NCBI GenBank assembly: GCA_965216875.1 | Contig: OZ244207.1 | Coordinates: 8,096,001 to 8,160,000, forward strand | DNA: 64,000 nt | Direction of reading: 5' to 3' | Source of the DNA: Rubripirellula sp. | GTDB lineage: Bacteria > Planctomycetota > Planctomycetia > Pirellulales > Pirellulaceae | Part shown: one piece after another, positions 9,907 to 19,323 of the stretch | Numbering within the stretch: position 1 is the stretch's first letter | Layout of the letters: the number at the start of each line of letters is the position of its first letter | Translations under genes and position numbers: made by a program | Notes under the pieces: generated by a model | Databases searched by the model: none | Told to the model about the DNA's origin: nothing | The model's input: the letters and a program-made list of their open reading frames with translations, nothing else

Positions 9907-12654
9907 ATGCGTTTCCTCTTGATCTGCATTGCCTGCTGGTTTGCACCCGTGGTCGCGGTCGCTGCCGAACAGGTCGACTTTCAAAGCGATGTGTTTCCGA
10001 TTCTGCAAAAGTACTGCGTCGGCTGTCATACCGAAGATGATACCGGTGGCGATCTTAATCTTGATAATCATGCCGCCATGATGAGCGGTGGTGAAAACGG
10101 ATTGGCCATCACCGCTGGTGTTCCCGACAGTAGTCGCTTGTTCCTTATGGCGAGCGGCAAGATGGAACCGGTGATGCCACCTGATGGCGAACCCGGCCCG
10201 ACCCAAGATGAACTTGACGTCTTGTCGGCTTGGATCGAACAGGGGGCAAAGGGACCAAGCGGTGACGCGCCAGTGCGCATGAAGCTGCGGACGCCAGAGA
10301 TTCCGGTCCGCGAGGGTGTGTCGACACCGATCACCGCGATGGCTGCGTCGGCCAGCGGAAAGGTGACGGCATTCGCAAGGTTTCGCTCGGTAGAACTTGT
10401 CGATCGAAATGGCGCCGTCCTCAAAACGATTGGCGACCAGCCTGGCAAAGTCAACTCGCTTGAATTCAGTAAAGATGGCAAGCGGTTGCTCGTCGCATCC
10501 GGAGTCACGGGCGCTTACGGCCGCGCTGTCGTCGTGAACGTTGAAAACGGCGAACAGGTTCAAGAGTTCGTGGGGCATCGCGACACACTCTACTCGGCGG
10601 TCTTTTCACCCGATGGAACGCGAGTCGCGACAGCCGGTTACGATCGTGACATTATTCTTTGGGATGTCGATTCCGGCGAAGCCGTTCGTAACTTTGCCGG
10701 ACACAACGGCGCGATCTTCGACTTGGCGTTTTCGCCGGACGGATCGCTGCTGGCCAGCGCTTGTGCAGATGAGACGGTCAAGATTTGGAATGTGGCCGAA
10801 GGGTTACGGCTCGACACATTGAATCAACCCGAAGGCGAAGTTTTTGCGGTCGAGATCACGGCCGATGGCAAGCACGTGATCGCGGCAAGTTCTGACAACC
10901 GGCTCCGTGTCTGGAAGCTCATCTCGACCGACAAGCCGAGGATCAACCCCATCGTTGCAACGCGATTCGTCGATGAATCGGCGCTGGTCGATTTTGCAAT
11001 GACCCAATCTGGCGATGCGGTGGTCGTCTTAAGCCAAAGTGGAAATCTGAAAGTCCTTTCTGCGAGCGACTGGAACCAATACGCAACGCTCGATCCACTT
11101 GGCGAGACGGGCACGGACCTTGTTGTCCTCGATAAGGATCACTCGGTTGCGGTATCGATGATGAATGGCAAGGTTGCACGGCGTGATTTACCGGCGCGCA
11201 CGAGCGATACGGGAAGTCACGTTCGCATCGCCGAGCCGGTCTACCTTGATCTCGATGAGCTCGCCAGTGTCAACGAAGACGATTTGCGCAAGGCATCCGG
11301 CGGAACCGGTTCGGTTGACGTCCCGCGTGGTGTGACAGTTCGCGGCGTGATCGGTGTGCCGGGCGAGGCAGACAAATTCAATTGGACAGCGCGTGCGGGT
11401 GAAATGTGGGCCATCGACGTCGATGCGGTCGACAAAAGTTCGATCGATCCGATCGTGGTCATTTTGGATTCCCAAGGCGCGCCCGTGCTGAAGACGCGTT
11501 TGCAGGCGGTTCGCGATTCCTATTTCACGTTTCGTGGAAAAGACAGCAAGCAGGTGAACGACTTTCGTGTCTTCAACTGGCAAGAGATGAACTTGTCAGA
11601 GTATCTCTATTCGGCCGGCGAAGTCACTCGGCTCTGGTTGCATCCACGCGGTCCCGACTCAGGATTCAATGTTTATCCGGGCGAAGGCCAGCGGTGGACG
11701 TACTTTGGAACCACGCCGACGACGCACGCTTTGGGCGAACCGGCCTACATCGTCCGCGAACTTTCCGACGGCGAGTCGCCAACTGCAAACGGCTTGCCCG
11801 TCTTTGACATCTTCTACGAAAACGATGACGATCCAATGCGTTTGGCGGGTAAGAATAGCCGCCTTCTGTTCAAGGCGCCCAATGACGGAACCTTTACCGT
11901 TTGTGTTTCCGACACGACGGGTGCTGGAAGCGAATCAATGGCATACAAATTGGCGATTCGCCCCGCTGCTCCTGCGTTCAAAGCCAAGATCCAGGCGGCA
12001 AACGGTACGCTCCGCAAAGGTGCTGGCCGCGAGTTTGTTGTACGAGTCGATCGGGTCGATGGCTTTGATGGACCGGTGACATTTGAACTGCCTGATCTTC
12101 CGTCGGGTCTACGGTCCAACGCGCCTGTCACCATTGAAGCGGGCCAACGTTTTGCGGTTGGCATGATCTGGGCCGACGAGAACGCGGTCGAATGGGAAGG
12201 CAAAGTCAAACCCGAAATCGTCGCTCACGCGACCGTTGCGGGGCGGCGAGTTGAACGAAAGGTCGGCGTTGCCGGTGAGTTCACGCTGGGAGACCGACCA
12301 AGCGTGATTCCCTCGATGCAACCGATCGATCATGACGTTGCCGAGAACGAAGAATGGACTCTTCAAGTTCGCCGCGGCGAAACGGTCTCGGCACGTGTCG
12401 TGCTTCGCCGCAAAGAAGGGTTCAACAATGAAGTGAGTTTTGGCAAAGAAGACTCCGGCAGAAACACGTCACAGGGTGTCTACGTCGACAACATTGGGTT
12501 GAATGGTTTGCTGATTCGAGCCAACCAGAATGAACGCGAGTTTTTCTTGACCGCCGATCCGACAACTCTGCCGGGCAAACGCCGGATGCACTTGAAAGCC
12601 AACGTTGATGGTGGTGTGACGACGCATCCGATCACCGTCGAGGTTTTGCCTTAG
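9907..12654 (+). CDS. Planctomycete cytochrome c domain + WD40 repeats + PPC-like domains
   Basis: CVGCH and MPP..WIEQGA (PSCyt1-like); WD40 repeats GHRDTLYSAVFSPDG..WD and GHNGAIFDLAFSPDG; beta-rich C-terminus. Confidence 0.85.
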   Translation: MRFLLICIACWFAPVVAVAAEQVDFQSDVFPILQKYCVGCHTEDDTGGDLNLDNHAAMMSGGENGLAITAGVPDSSRLFLMASGKMEPVMPPDGEPGPTQDELDVLSAWIEQGAKGPSGDAPVRMKLRTPEIPVREGVSTPITAMAASASGKVTAFARFRSVELVDRNGAVLKTIGDQPGKVNSLEFSKDGKRLLVASGVTGAYGRAVVVNVENGEQVQEFVGHRDTLYSAVFSPDGTRVATAGYDRDIILWDVDSGEAVRNFAGHNGAIFDLAFSPDGSLLASACADETVKIWNVAEGLRLDTLNQPEGEVFAVEITADGKHVIAASSDNRLRVWKLISTDKPRINPIVATRFVDESALVDFAMTQSGDAVVVLSQSGNLKVLSASDWNQYATLDPLGETGTDLVVLDKDHSVAVSMMNGKVARRDLPARTSDTGSHVRIAEPVYLDLDELASVNEDDLRKASGGTGSVDVPRGVTVRGVIGVPGEADKFNWTARAGEMWAIDVDAVDKSSIDPIVVILDSQGAPVLKTRLQAVRDSYFTFRGKDSKQVNDFRVFNWQEMNLSEYLYSAGEVTRLWLHPRGPDSGFNVYPGEGQRWTYFGTTPTTHALGEPAYIVRELSDGESPTANGLPVFDIFYENDDDPMRLAGKNSRLLFKAPNDGTFTVCVSDTTGAGSESMAYKLAIRPAAPAFKAKIQAANGTLRKGAGREFVVRVDRVDGFDGPVTFELPDLPSGLRSNAPVTIEAGQRFAVGMIWADENAVEWEGKVKPEIVAHATVAGRRVERKVGVAGEFTLGDRPSVIPSMQPIDHDVAENEEWTLQVRRGETVSARVVLRRKEGFNNEVSFGKEDSGRNTSQGVYVDNIGLNGLLIRANQNEREFFLTADPTTLPGKRRMHLKANVDGGVTTHPITVEVLP

Positions 12655-12740
12655 ATCCGATTTCGTCGTTTGCGGGTTGAATGAACAAGAACGCTGGAGC
12701 TGCGACCGCGTTTCGTCCCACCTACCCAAGTTCCAACGCC

Positions 12741-14702
12741 ATGCTGCTCCGCTTCGTTTTTCTCTTGGCAATTGCTGCCACGTTCACCATCGATGCGTCC
12801 ATTGGATGGACCAACGACCGACCCAATTTGATTTGGATCAATGCCGAAGACATGAGCCCGCATCTGGGGTGCTACGGGCATCCCGACGCGGTCACTCCGA
12901 ACATTGACGCGCTCGCGAAACAAGGTGTTGTCTTTGACAACGCTTTTGCGACGGCCCCGATTTGCTCGCCCGCGCGATCCTGTTTGGCGACCGGCCTTTA
13001 TGCGACCAGCTTGGGGACTCAGCACCTGCGTTGTGAGGTGTCGATTCCCGATCGGGTTGTGCCGCTTGCCACCCGCATGCGCGAGCTCGCCTACTTTTGC
13101 ACCAACACGGGCAAGTCGGATTACAACTTTGATCCCACCGGGATTTGGGACGTTTGGAACAACGATCTCGCACCCTGGAAACAACGCGAAAAGGACCAGC
13201 CCTTTTTTGCCTTTATCACGGTCGGCGAGACACATGAAGGCCGAATCAACACCGCCGAAAAGTACTTACAGGCGACAAAGGACTTGCCCAAGTCTTTGCT
13301 GCACGATCCTGCGAAGGTGACGATTCCGCCGTTTTACCCCGACACGCCCGAGATTCGCCGGATCTTTGCAGGCATGCATGACTTGGCGACTGTCTTTGAT
13401 CGCAAGATCGGACGGTTGGTTGCCCAGCTGGAAGCGGACGGAGATCTCGACAACACGATTATCTTCATTTTCGGAGATCACGGAAACGGATTGCCTCGTT
13501 ACAAACGTTGGCTCACCGACTCGGGATTGCGCGTGCCGTTGGTCGTCTATGTACCCGACCAGCACCGATCGCTCGTTCCCGCGACCCTTGGTTCGCACAC
13601 CGAGCGTCTGGTTAGCTTTGTCGATTTTCCGGCAACCGCGATGGCGCTGGCGGGCGCCGACGTGCCGGAGATCTTTCAAGGCATTCCGTTCATGGGTGAG
13701 GCAATCGCGGATCCGCGAGAATACGTGTTTGGGGCTCGTAGCCGAGCCGACGACATGTACGATGTGGCACGGAGCGTGTCGGATGGGCGTTACATCTACA
13801 TACGGCATTTCATGCCGCACTTGCCCTATATGCAAAAGTCGGTGATCAACGGCGATCGCAAGGATGCAACAAAGGAGCTCCGCCGACTTCACCACGCGGG
13901 CAAACTTGAGGGGGCCGCAGCCTTGGTGTGGGCTCCGCGAAAACCTGTCGAAGAGTTCTATGATCTCAAGACCGATCCGAACGAATTGGTGAACCTTGCT
14001 GATTCGCCCGCACACGCTCAGCGCAAAGGCGAGCTTGCGGAACGTCTTCGTGATTGGATTCTCAAGCACCGCGATTCCGGACTGTTGCCCGAAGCGGAAT
14101 ACCATCGCCAAGCACAGCTGACAGACACAACGCCATTCGATGTCGTGCAAGAGGAAGCTCACTTCGACTTGTCCGCAACGTTGGACGCGGCCTGGAACGT
14201 TGGCGACAACGAAGTCGCGATTGGCGAGATCGCCAAAGGTCTCGAACATCAAGAAGTCGGTGTGCGTTATTGGTCGGCAGTTGCGTTGTTGGATCGATTT
14301 CGTACGGAAGAAACGGCTTCATCCTCAGCCTTATCACCATTGCATCAGGCACTCGAAGACGAGAGCCCGAGTGTCCGTATTGCGGCTGCCGAAGCGATCC
14401 TCGAAGTCTCGACCGAAGGCGATTCGCTGACGACCGACGCGTTGGATTGTCTCGGTGAGAGCTTGAAGAGTGAATCACCGACGGTCGCACTGCAAGCGGC
14501 GCGAGCGATCGCACTGCAAGGTGTTCGCGCGAAAGCGTTGGTCCCAACAATGAAGCAGGTCGTTGGCAGCAACCTGTCAGCGCCCGGTTCGAGACGAACC
14601 TACAAAGACTTCAACTACGCTTCGTTCACAGGTTGGGCATTGGAAACGGCATTGACCGAATGCGGCGAGGCCGAGTTTGTGACGCAAATCAACAACAGAT
14701 GA
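12741..14702 (+). CDS. Formylglycine-dependent sulfatase with C-terminal HEAT repeats
   Basis: RPNLIWINAEDM, TPNIDALA, CSPARSCLATG (CxPxR), GDHG, YDLKTDPNELVNLA, HEAT-like tail; signal peptide MLLRFVFLLAIAA. Confidence 0.9.
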   Translation: MLLRFVFLLAIAATFTIDASIGWTNDRPNLIWINAEDMSPHLGCYGHPDAVTPNIDALAKQGVVFDNAFATAPICSPARSCLATGLYATSLGTQHLRCEVSIPDRVVPLATRMRELAYFCTNTGKSDYNFDPTGIWDVWNNDLAPWKQREKDQPFFAFITVGETHEGRINTAEKYLQATKDLPKSLLHDPAKVTIPPFYPDTPEIRRIFAGMHDLATVFDRKIGRLVAQLEADGDLDNTIIFIFGDHGNGLPRYKRWLTDSGLRVPLVVYVPDQHRSLVPATLGSHTERLVSFVDFPATAMALAGADVPEIFQGIPFMGEAIADPREYVFGARSRADDMYDVARSVSDGRYIYIRHFMPHLPYMQKSVINGDRKDATKELRRLHHAGKLEGAAALVWAPRKPVEEFYDLKTDPNELVNLADSPAHAQRKGELAERLRDWILKHRDSGLLPEAEYHRQAQLTDTTPFDVVQEEAHFDLSATLDAAWNVGDNEVAIGEIAKGLEHQEVGVRYWSAVALLDRFRTEETASSSALSPLHQALEDESPSVRIAAAEAILEVSTEGDSLTTDALDCLGESLKSESPTVALQAARAIALQGVRAKALVPTMKQVVGSNLSAPGSRRTYKDFNYASFTGWALETALTECGEAEFVTQINNR

Positions 14703-14708
14703 GTTGAC

Positions 14709-15063
14709 GCCCTCGTTACCACGCTCCGCGTGATAACGCACTCTTGGAAGCTCCGCGTCCTCTTGGGACCGATTTTGAGAAGATTCCGGCTAAAGCTCGG
14801 TACTACGAACTGCCGGCTAAAAAACACAGGCCTCTCCGGGGCCTCTTGTCCTGAGCCGCACGCGCTAGCGTCGGGCCCCTTCAGAGAGGCATCGGACGAG
14901 TGCGAGGCCCGACGCTAGCGCGTTCGGCTCACGCCCGTAGCTACCTTCGCTAGAAGGTGGTTTCATCCGCGACTGCTTTTTTGCGGTCCAGCTACTAGGC
15001 CGATTGTGAGAAGATTCCGGCTAAAGCCCGGTACTACGAACTGTCGGCTCAAACAACACAGGC
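14709..15063. repeat. Composite REP-like cluster (C', D', A/A' pair, B, D') between convergent genes
   Basis: Reverse C 14709-14761; reverse D GAGAAGATTCCGGCTAAAGCTCGGTACTAC at 14777 and again ~15008; inverted A pair 14852-14931; B GTAGCTACCTTCGCTAGAAGGTGG 14937-14960. Confidence 0.85.
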
Positions 15064-15085
15064 TTCTCAATCCCCGCCGCCCACA

Positions 15086-15877
15086 TCAGGGCAGCTTTTT
15101 GACTCGGACGTTCTTCCAAACCACCGTGCCCTTGGCACCTTTGTGGATCTGAAGACTGAAAAAGCCGCGCGGGTAACTTCCATCATCAACCCAGTGTGCA
15201 GCCGGCACTCCGTTGACCCAGGTTTGAACGTTGTTGCCATTGGCTTTGATCGTGAGGCGATTCCACTGATCTTTTTTCAGGGCCTTGCGAGCGTCGGCGT
15301 GTTCCTTCAACCAAAGCGGGTAAAAGAAACCACCGCAACTTTGACCATAGATTCCGCCCGACCAACCTCGGTCTTTGGAAAAGCCTTCCATTTCCGCTTG
15401 AGGTCCAAAGACGGTCTCATTGTCTCCGTTCTGACGAACTTGAGCGCGAAACATGACTCCGGAGTTGCCGTCTTCGATCCATTTCATGTCACAGGTGAAT
15501 ACAAAATTGGCGTAGTCCGACTTGGTGGTCGATAGATACGTGCTTGGCGAACCCGGCACACACGTTCCGACGATGCCGTCATCCTTGGCTTCAAACTTGC
15601 AGTCACCTCCGCGTGGTGTCCAGCCTTCAAGGTCCTTGCCGTTGAAGAGCGGTTCGAATCCTTCGGTGAGTTCTGGTTCGGCATCTTGATTGAGCAACAT
15701 CGCTGCTGGATCAGGTGCGTTTTGTTGCTTCTTGTACTTTGCGATCCATTCGTTTTGGCTCGGGTCGAGTTCGCCTGCGACCATTGGGGTGACCAGTAAC
15801 GCGACAAGCAGACTGGCGACGAGGCTGACGCGGGAACGACTCGATTCGACGTTGTGGATGGAGAGATGACGGGGCAT
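15086..15877 (-). CDS. DUF1080 (3-keto-disaccharide hydrolase-like) secreted protein
   Basis: GFEPLFNGKDLEGW, GNSGVMFR, QWNRLTI, WVNG, LQIH..G...WKNVRVK. Confidence 0.88.
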   Translation of the reverse strand: MPRHLSIHNVESSRSRVSLVASLLVALLVTPMVAGELDPSQNEWIAKYKKQQNAPDPAAMLLNQDAEPELTEGFEPLFNGKDLEGWTPRGGDCKFEAKDDGIVGTCVPGSPSTYLSTTKSDYANFVFTCDMKWIEDGNSGVMFRAQVRQNGDNETVFGPQAEMEGFSKDRGWSGGIYGQSCGGFFYPLWLKEHADARKALKKDQWNRLTIKANGNNVQTWVNGVPAAHWVDDGSYPRGFFSLQIHKGAKGTVVWKNVRVKKLP

Positions 15878-16146
15878 GGTGTGGTTCTTGTGGCAGGTGG
15901 GACGGTGGCGGCAGCACGAACATTCGTTGAATCACACTCTAATGGTTGATTTGATGGATCGGAATGCACTCGGAGAAAAAATCGAAATCGCTTCGAATTG
16001 CTGGCCGTAGGACCCATAAACTCCGCCAACGTCGCCGGGTTGGTCCCATGTGTCATGATTGACGGCGAATTCGACTAAGATGACACCTCCCACCTGCGAC
16101 CATGTGATTTCCCCTCCCACCTTCTCCACCACTGGCAACGTCGCAA

Positions 16147-17553
16147 ATGCAAACCCTAAAAAGACTGTTCCTGGTCCTCTCGGCATGCGCCGCTATTACC
16201 TCGCCTGCGGCCTTCGCAAAGACGGTATCGACATCGGACGAGTTGGTTGCCGCAGTAACCGATGGTCGTCCCGGCGATGTGATCGAGATTTCGGCTGGCA
16301 CTTATCGCCTCGAAAGCTCGCTAAAGCCCAAGCCAGGCATGTCGCTTGTCGGCGCGGGAATGGACCGAACGATCATCACCCACGTCGAAGCTTGGAAGCC
16401 GTCAACGCGCTCGTTGCCCGATCCGGAAATGAAGACCAACGGCCTCGATACAAGTGCCTATGTCATTGAGTTACCGTCCAAGGCCGCGGACGTCACGATT
16501 GCGAACCTCACATTGAAAGGACCGCAATTGCACGGTGCGATCTACGGATGGGGACCCGTCAATCTGCATCTGCACCATCTTCGAATTCAAGACACGTTGT
16601 GGTCTGGCGTTCGCACCTTTTCGATGCGCGGCGCGAAGATACATGACTGCGAGTTTGTCGACGCCGGTGGGCGTTGGAAACGCGGAGGCAAGCCGGGAAT
16701 TGACGGCGGAATCACGGGCGGAGCGATCTTTGCCATTTGGATGAAAGACAGCGAGATCGCCCACAATCGATTCACCCGAACGCAGCCAGACAAACGGGAC
16801 GAGTTTTACGGAATCAAATGTCGCCAAGGAAAACGGAGCCGGATTCACCACAATACGATCGATGTGAATTTCTCAATCGAAATGCCCTTCGAAAATGATG
16901 AGGATGTTGAGATTGATCACAACATTTGCCGAGGCACGATTTCCATTCCAAAGCATGGTGGTGGTCCAGTTCCTGAAAGCGGGCGGACGTTCCATATCCA
17001 CCACAACTACTTCACCCAAAGCTACGCGATCGAGTTTGTTCGCAACGGCGTTGAGATCGATCACAATCTTTTCGATTTCGATGTCGACCGAGACGGCGGC
17101 AATCTGATCTCAGGTTTTGGCAAGGCACCCGCGAAAGGGCCTGCCTTGTTTCACAATAACTTGGTCAAGAATCCAGGACGTGGCGTGCTGTGGATCAATG
17201 AGCCGTACAGCAATCTCGAAATCAGAAACAACCACATCGTGACTCGCACAACGGCGACGCCTCGCAAAGAAGGTTTGTTTGGGTTTCATCGCGAGTGCGA
17301 TTTCGACACGATCACGATCAAGGACAACATTGTCGAGTGCATCGGCTTGAGCCGGCCGTTGCTTCGCACCAAGGAAAGCTACGGCGCGAACGTCTCCGGC
17401 AACCATTTGACCAACGTTGCAGATGCCCAGCGGTTCGATGAGGCGATCGGCAAGACGGACCTGTCAGGGCTTGAGGCTTCGTTGAGTTTTCAATGCGGCG
17501 TTCATGGAGAACTGGTTGTCGATGGCTGGGAAGCTCGGGCCAACGGTGATTGA
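16147..17553 (+). CDS. Secreted right-handed parallel beta-helix protein (pectin-lyase-like fold)
   Basis: Signal peptide, PGDVIEISAGTY, repeated IHHN/IDHN/IRNN strands. Confidence 0.72.
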   Translation: MQTLKRLFLVLSACAAITSPAAFAKTVSTSDELVAAVTDGRPGDVIEISAGTYRLESSLKPKPGMSLVGAGMDRTIITHVEAWKPSTRSLPDPEMKTNGLDTSAYVIELPSKAADVTIANLTLKGPQLHGAIYGWGPVNLHLHHLRIQDTLWSGVRTFSMRGAKIHDCEFVDAGGRWKRGGKPGIDGGITGGAIFAIWMKDSEIAHNRFTRTQPDKRDEFYGIKCRQGKRSRIHHNTIDVNFSIEMPFENDEDVEIDHNICRGTISIPKHGGGPVPESGRTFHIHHNYFTQSYAIEFVRNGVEIDHNLFDFDVDRDGGNLISGFGKAPAKGPALFHNNLVKNPGRGVLWINEPYSNLEIRNNHIVTRTTATPRKEGLFGFHRECDFDTITIKDNIVECIGLSRPLLRTKESYGANVSGNHLTNVADAQRFDEAIGKTDLSGLEASLSFQCGVHGELVVDGWEARANGD

Positions 17554-17579
17554 CTGGATGGTCCGTGCAAGCACACACT

Positions 17580-18530
17580 CTACGGAAAGACGTCTTTTGA
17601 ATTCGGATGGAAATTCGACCATGCGATCTCGAAAGACATGATGCCAACTCGTTGCTCCAGTAGTTTGCCTTTGAGCGGGCCCGATAGGGCTTGACCGGTT
17701 TTCAGGTTCCAGGTGCTTTCCGTTTCAGCGTCTTTCATCGTTTTCTCGTCGATTGCGGCAAACGTGAGGTGTTGCTCGTCAACCATTGGGTCAAAGAGGT
17801 GCGTCGCGGTAGCTTCGGCGTTGTAGGTTGCAAGTAGCTTTTCGCCCTCGACCTCAAAGTTGTGAACAGGATTGGCGGCGAGTTTGTCGAGTCGCAATGC
17901 GTACGCGTTTCCTTTAACGACAAAGCCAAAGACGAAATTCTTGAGGCTTCCATAAAAGTCGCTTCGGAATTCTCTGGCCGTACGGGACATGTCCAAAACG
18001 GTCGTGTTAGGAAACTCTTCTCGCCACGCTCCCCAAGTGACCATGTCGGTGATGAGCGGTTTAAGCGTCTTGCCTTTAAGTTCACCCTTCATCGCTTGCC
18101 CCAGCAGGTGAGCCCACTCGGTGTTGGTTTCCAAATCGCTCATCACAAGCGATCGCATCCAGAGTTTCCCCGACACGCGAAGGGTCAAGACTTGATCGTC
18201 GACTTTGCGGACGTACACGACGCCGTTGTGGCAAAGGTGTCACCAAGTTGCGGCAATGGCTGTTCCGCCCAATTCGTCGTTAATGATTTCGCGTCGAGGG
18301 CCGGTGAGTTGGTTGATCGGATAGGCTCTCGCCTGCCCGGCGATTTCAACCCCGAGAACCAATTCGTTATCCGAAAGGTTCGTCTCGGATGCTTTGACGA
18401 TCGGCGGGTCGGTGATCGCTCGAATCGGTTTTCGAAGCACCGTGTGAGGTTGGTAGTGTTCTACGGACTGGGCTGATAACGTTGATGCCCACAGCGCTAC
18501 AGCGATGACGCTAGGCAGGTTTCGAAGCAT
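17580..18530 (-). CDS. DUF3179-family protein, probable selenoprotein (in-frame TGA 18240-18242, UxxC)
   Basis: ORFs 18240..18593 and 17580..18218 are in the same frame; the junction reads IAATW-TGA-HLCHNGVVY. DUF3179-like motifs lie on both sides (VLGVEIAGQARAYP, EIIND; SGKLWMRSLVMSD..T.TEW, TWGAW...P.T.VL, DAETESTWN.TGQA.SGPLKG). Signal peptide from ATG 18530. Confidence 0.8.
18203..18239 (-). promoter_or_regulatory. Putative bacterial SECIS hairpin immediately 3' of the UGA
   Basis: UGA CAC CUUUGC CACAAC GGC GUCGUG UACGUCC GCAAAG: lower stem CUUUGC/GCAAAG, upper stem CACAAC/GUCGUG (one mismatch), G-containing loop starting 16 nt after the UGA. Folded by eye only. Confidence 0.55.
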
Positions 18531-19323
18531 GAGAAGTTCCGATGCGATAGAGGCCCAGAACGCCAAGCACGATGACGTTTTGCAAGACCGCATAGTCTAT
18601 CACCAGTTCCCGACACAGTTGAGAGTCAACGCTGGTTGCCCATGCGATGATATGTGGCGCAGCCAACACGAGGCAAGCCGATGCAGCAGTCAGCGCGTAC
18701 AGCTTGGCGACCAATCCCACTTCCGTTGATTCGCGAAACAGAAACCAAGTCACCAGTGCGGTGAGCGTCGCGCTTGATACGGCGGTGAGTGCGAGGGCGA
18801 TGAAGTAGATCGATTGAAACGCGGCGGCGGACCAGCCCCAACCGACTTGTCCGACTCGAATGAAGGTGAAACCAATGGCGAAAGTCGCTGTCCAAACCAT
18901 GAGTGTTCGCAACCCAAAGGTGAACGACGAGTGAACTCGCTGCGAACGCCAGAAGAGTTGGTGTTGTCCGATCAGCAAGACGATCCCAAAGGTTTGGACG
19001 AAGATCGCAGCGGCCCATACCGACGAAGCCGGATCACCAAAACCCCACGGCAAGATTTGGCTGATCACCGTCCAGGCCGACACGCATCCAGTGATCGCGA
19101 CGAGGCAGCGCAACGACACATCCCAGGTTCGTTGTGTAGCCGCCCAGATGGCAGCAAGCGAGCTGTGGGAAAGTGGTACCGAGACAGCTAGCCAAGATTG
19201 ATCTTCGGACAACAAGCCGGTCGACGAGATAATCAAGATGGCTTCAACGACGATGTAGGCGACCAGAATCGTCGGCAACATCGGGATTGCATGTTTGCCG
19301 CGGCTGGCGACTTGGCCTGTCAT
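18511..19323 (-). CDS. Integral membrane protein (about 8 TM), unknown function
   Basis: Multiple hydrophobic segments; start overlaps the stop of the upstream VWA gene (ATGA, 19320-19323). Confidence 0.65.
   Translation of the reverse strand: MTGQVASRGKHAIPMLPTILVAYIVVEAILIISSTGLLSEDQSWLAVSVPLSHSSLAAIWAATQRTWDVSLRCLVAITGCVSAWTVISQILPWGFGDPASSVWAAAIFVQTFGIVLLIGQHQLFWRSQRVHSSFTFGLRTLMVWTATFAIGFTFIRVGQVGWGWSAAAFQSIYFIALALTAVSSATLTALVTWFLFRESTEVGLVAKLYALTAASACLVLAAPHIIAWATSVDSQLCRELVIDYAVLQNVIVLGVLGLYRIGTSHASKPA

Noticed and set aside
17580..18593. DUF3179 as a pseudogene or two separate genes
   Set aside because: The only lesion is one TGA exactly at a Cys-equivalent position followed by a hairpin; Sec read-through is more parsimonious, though unproven without sel genes in view.
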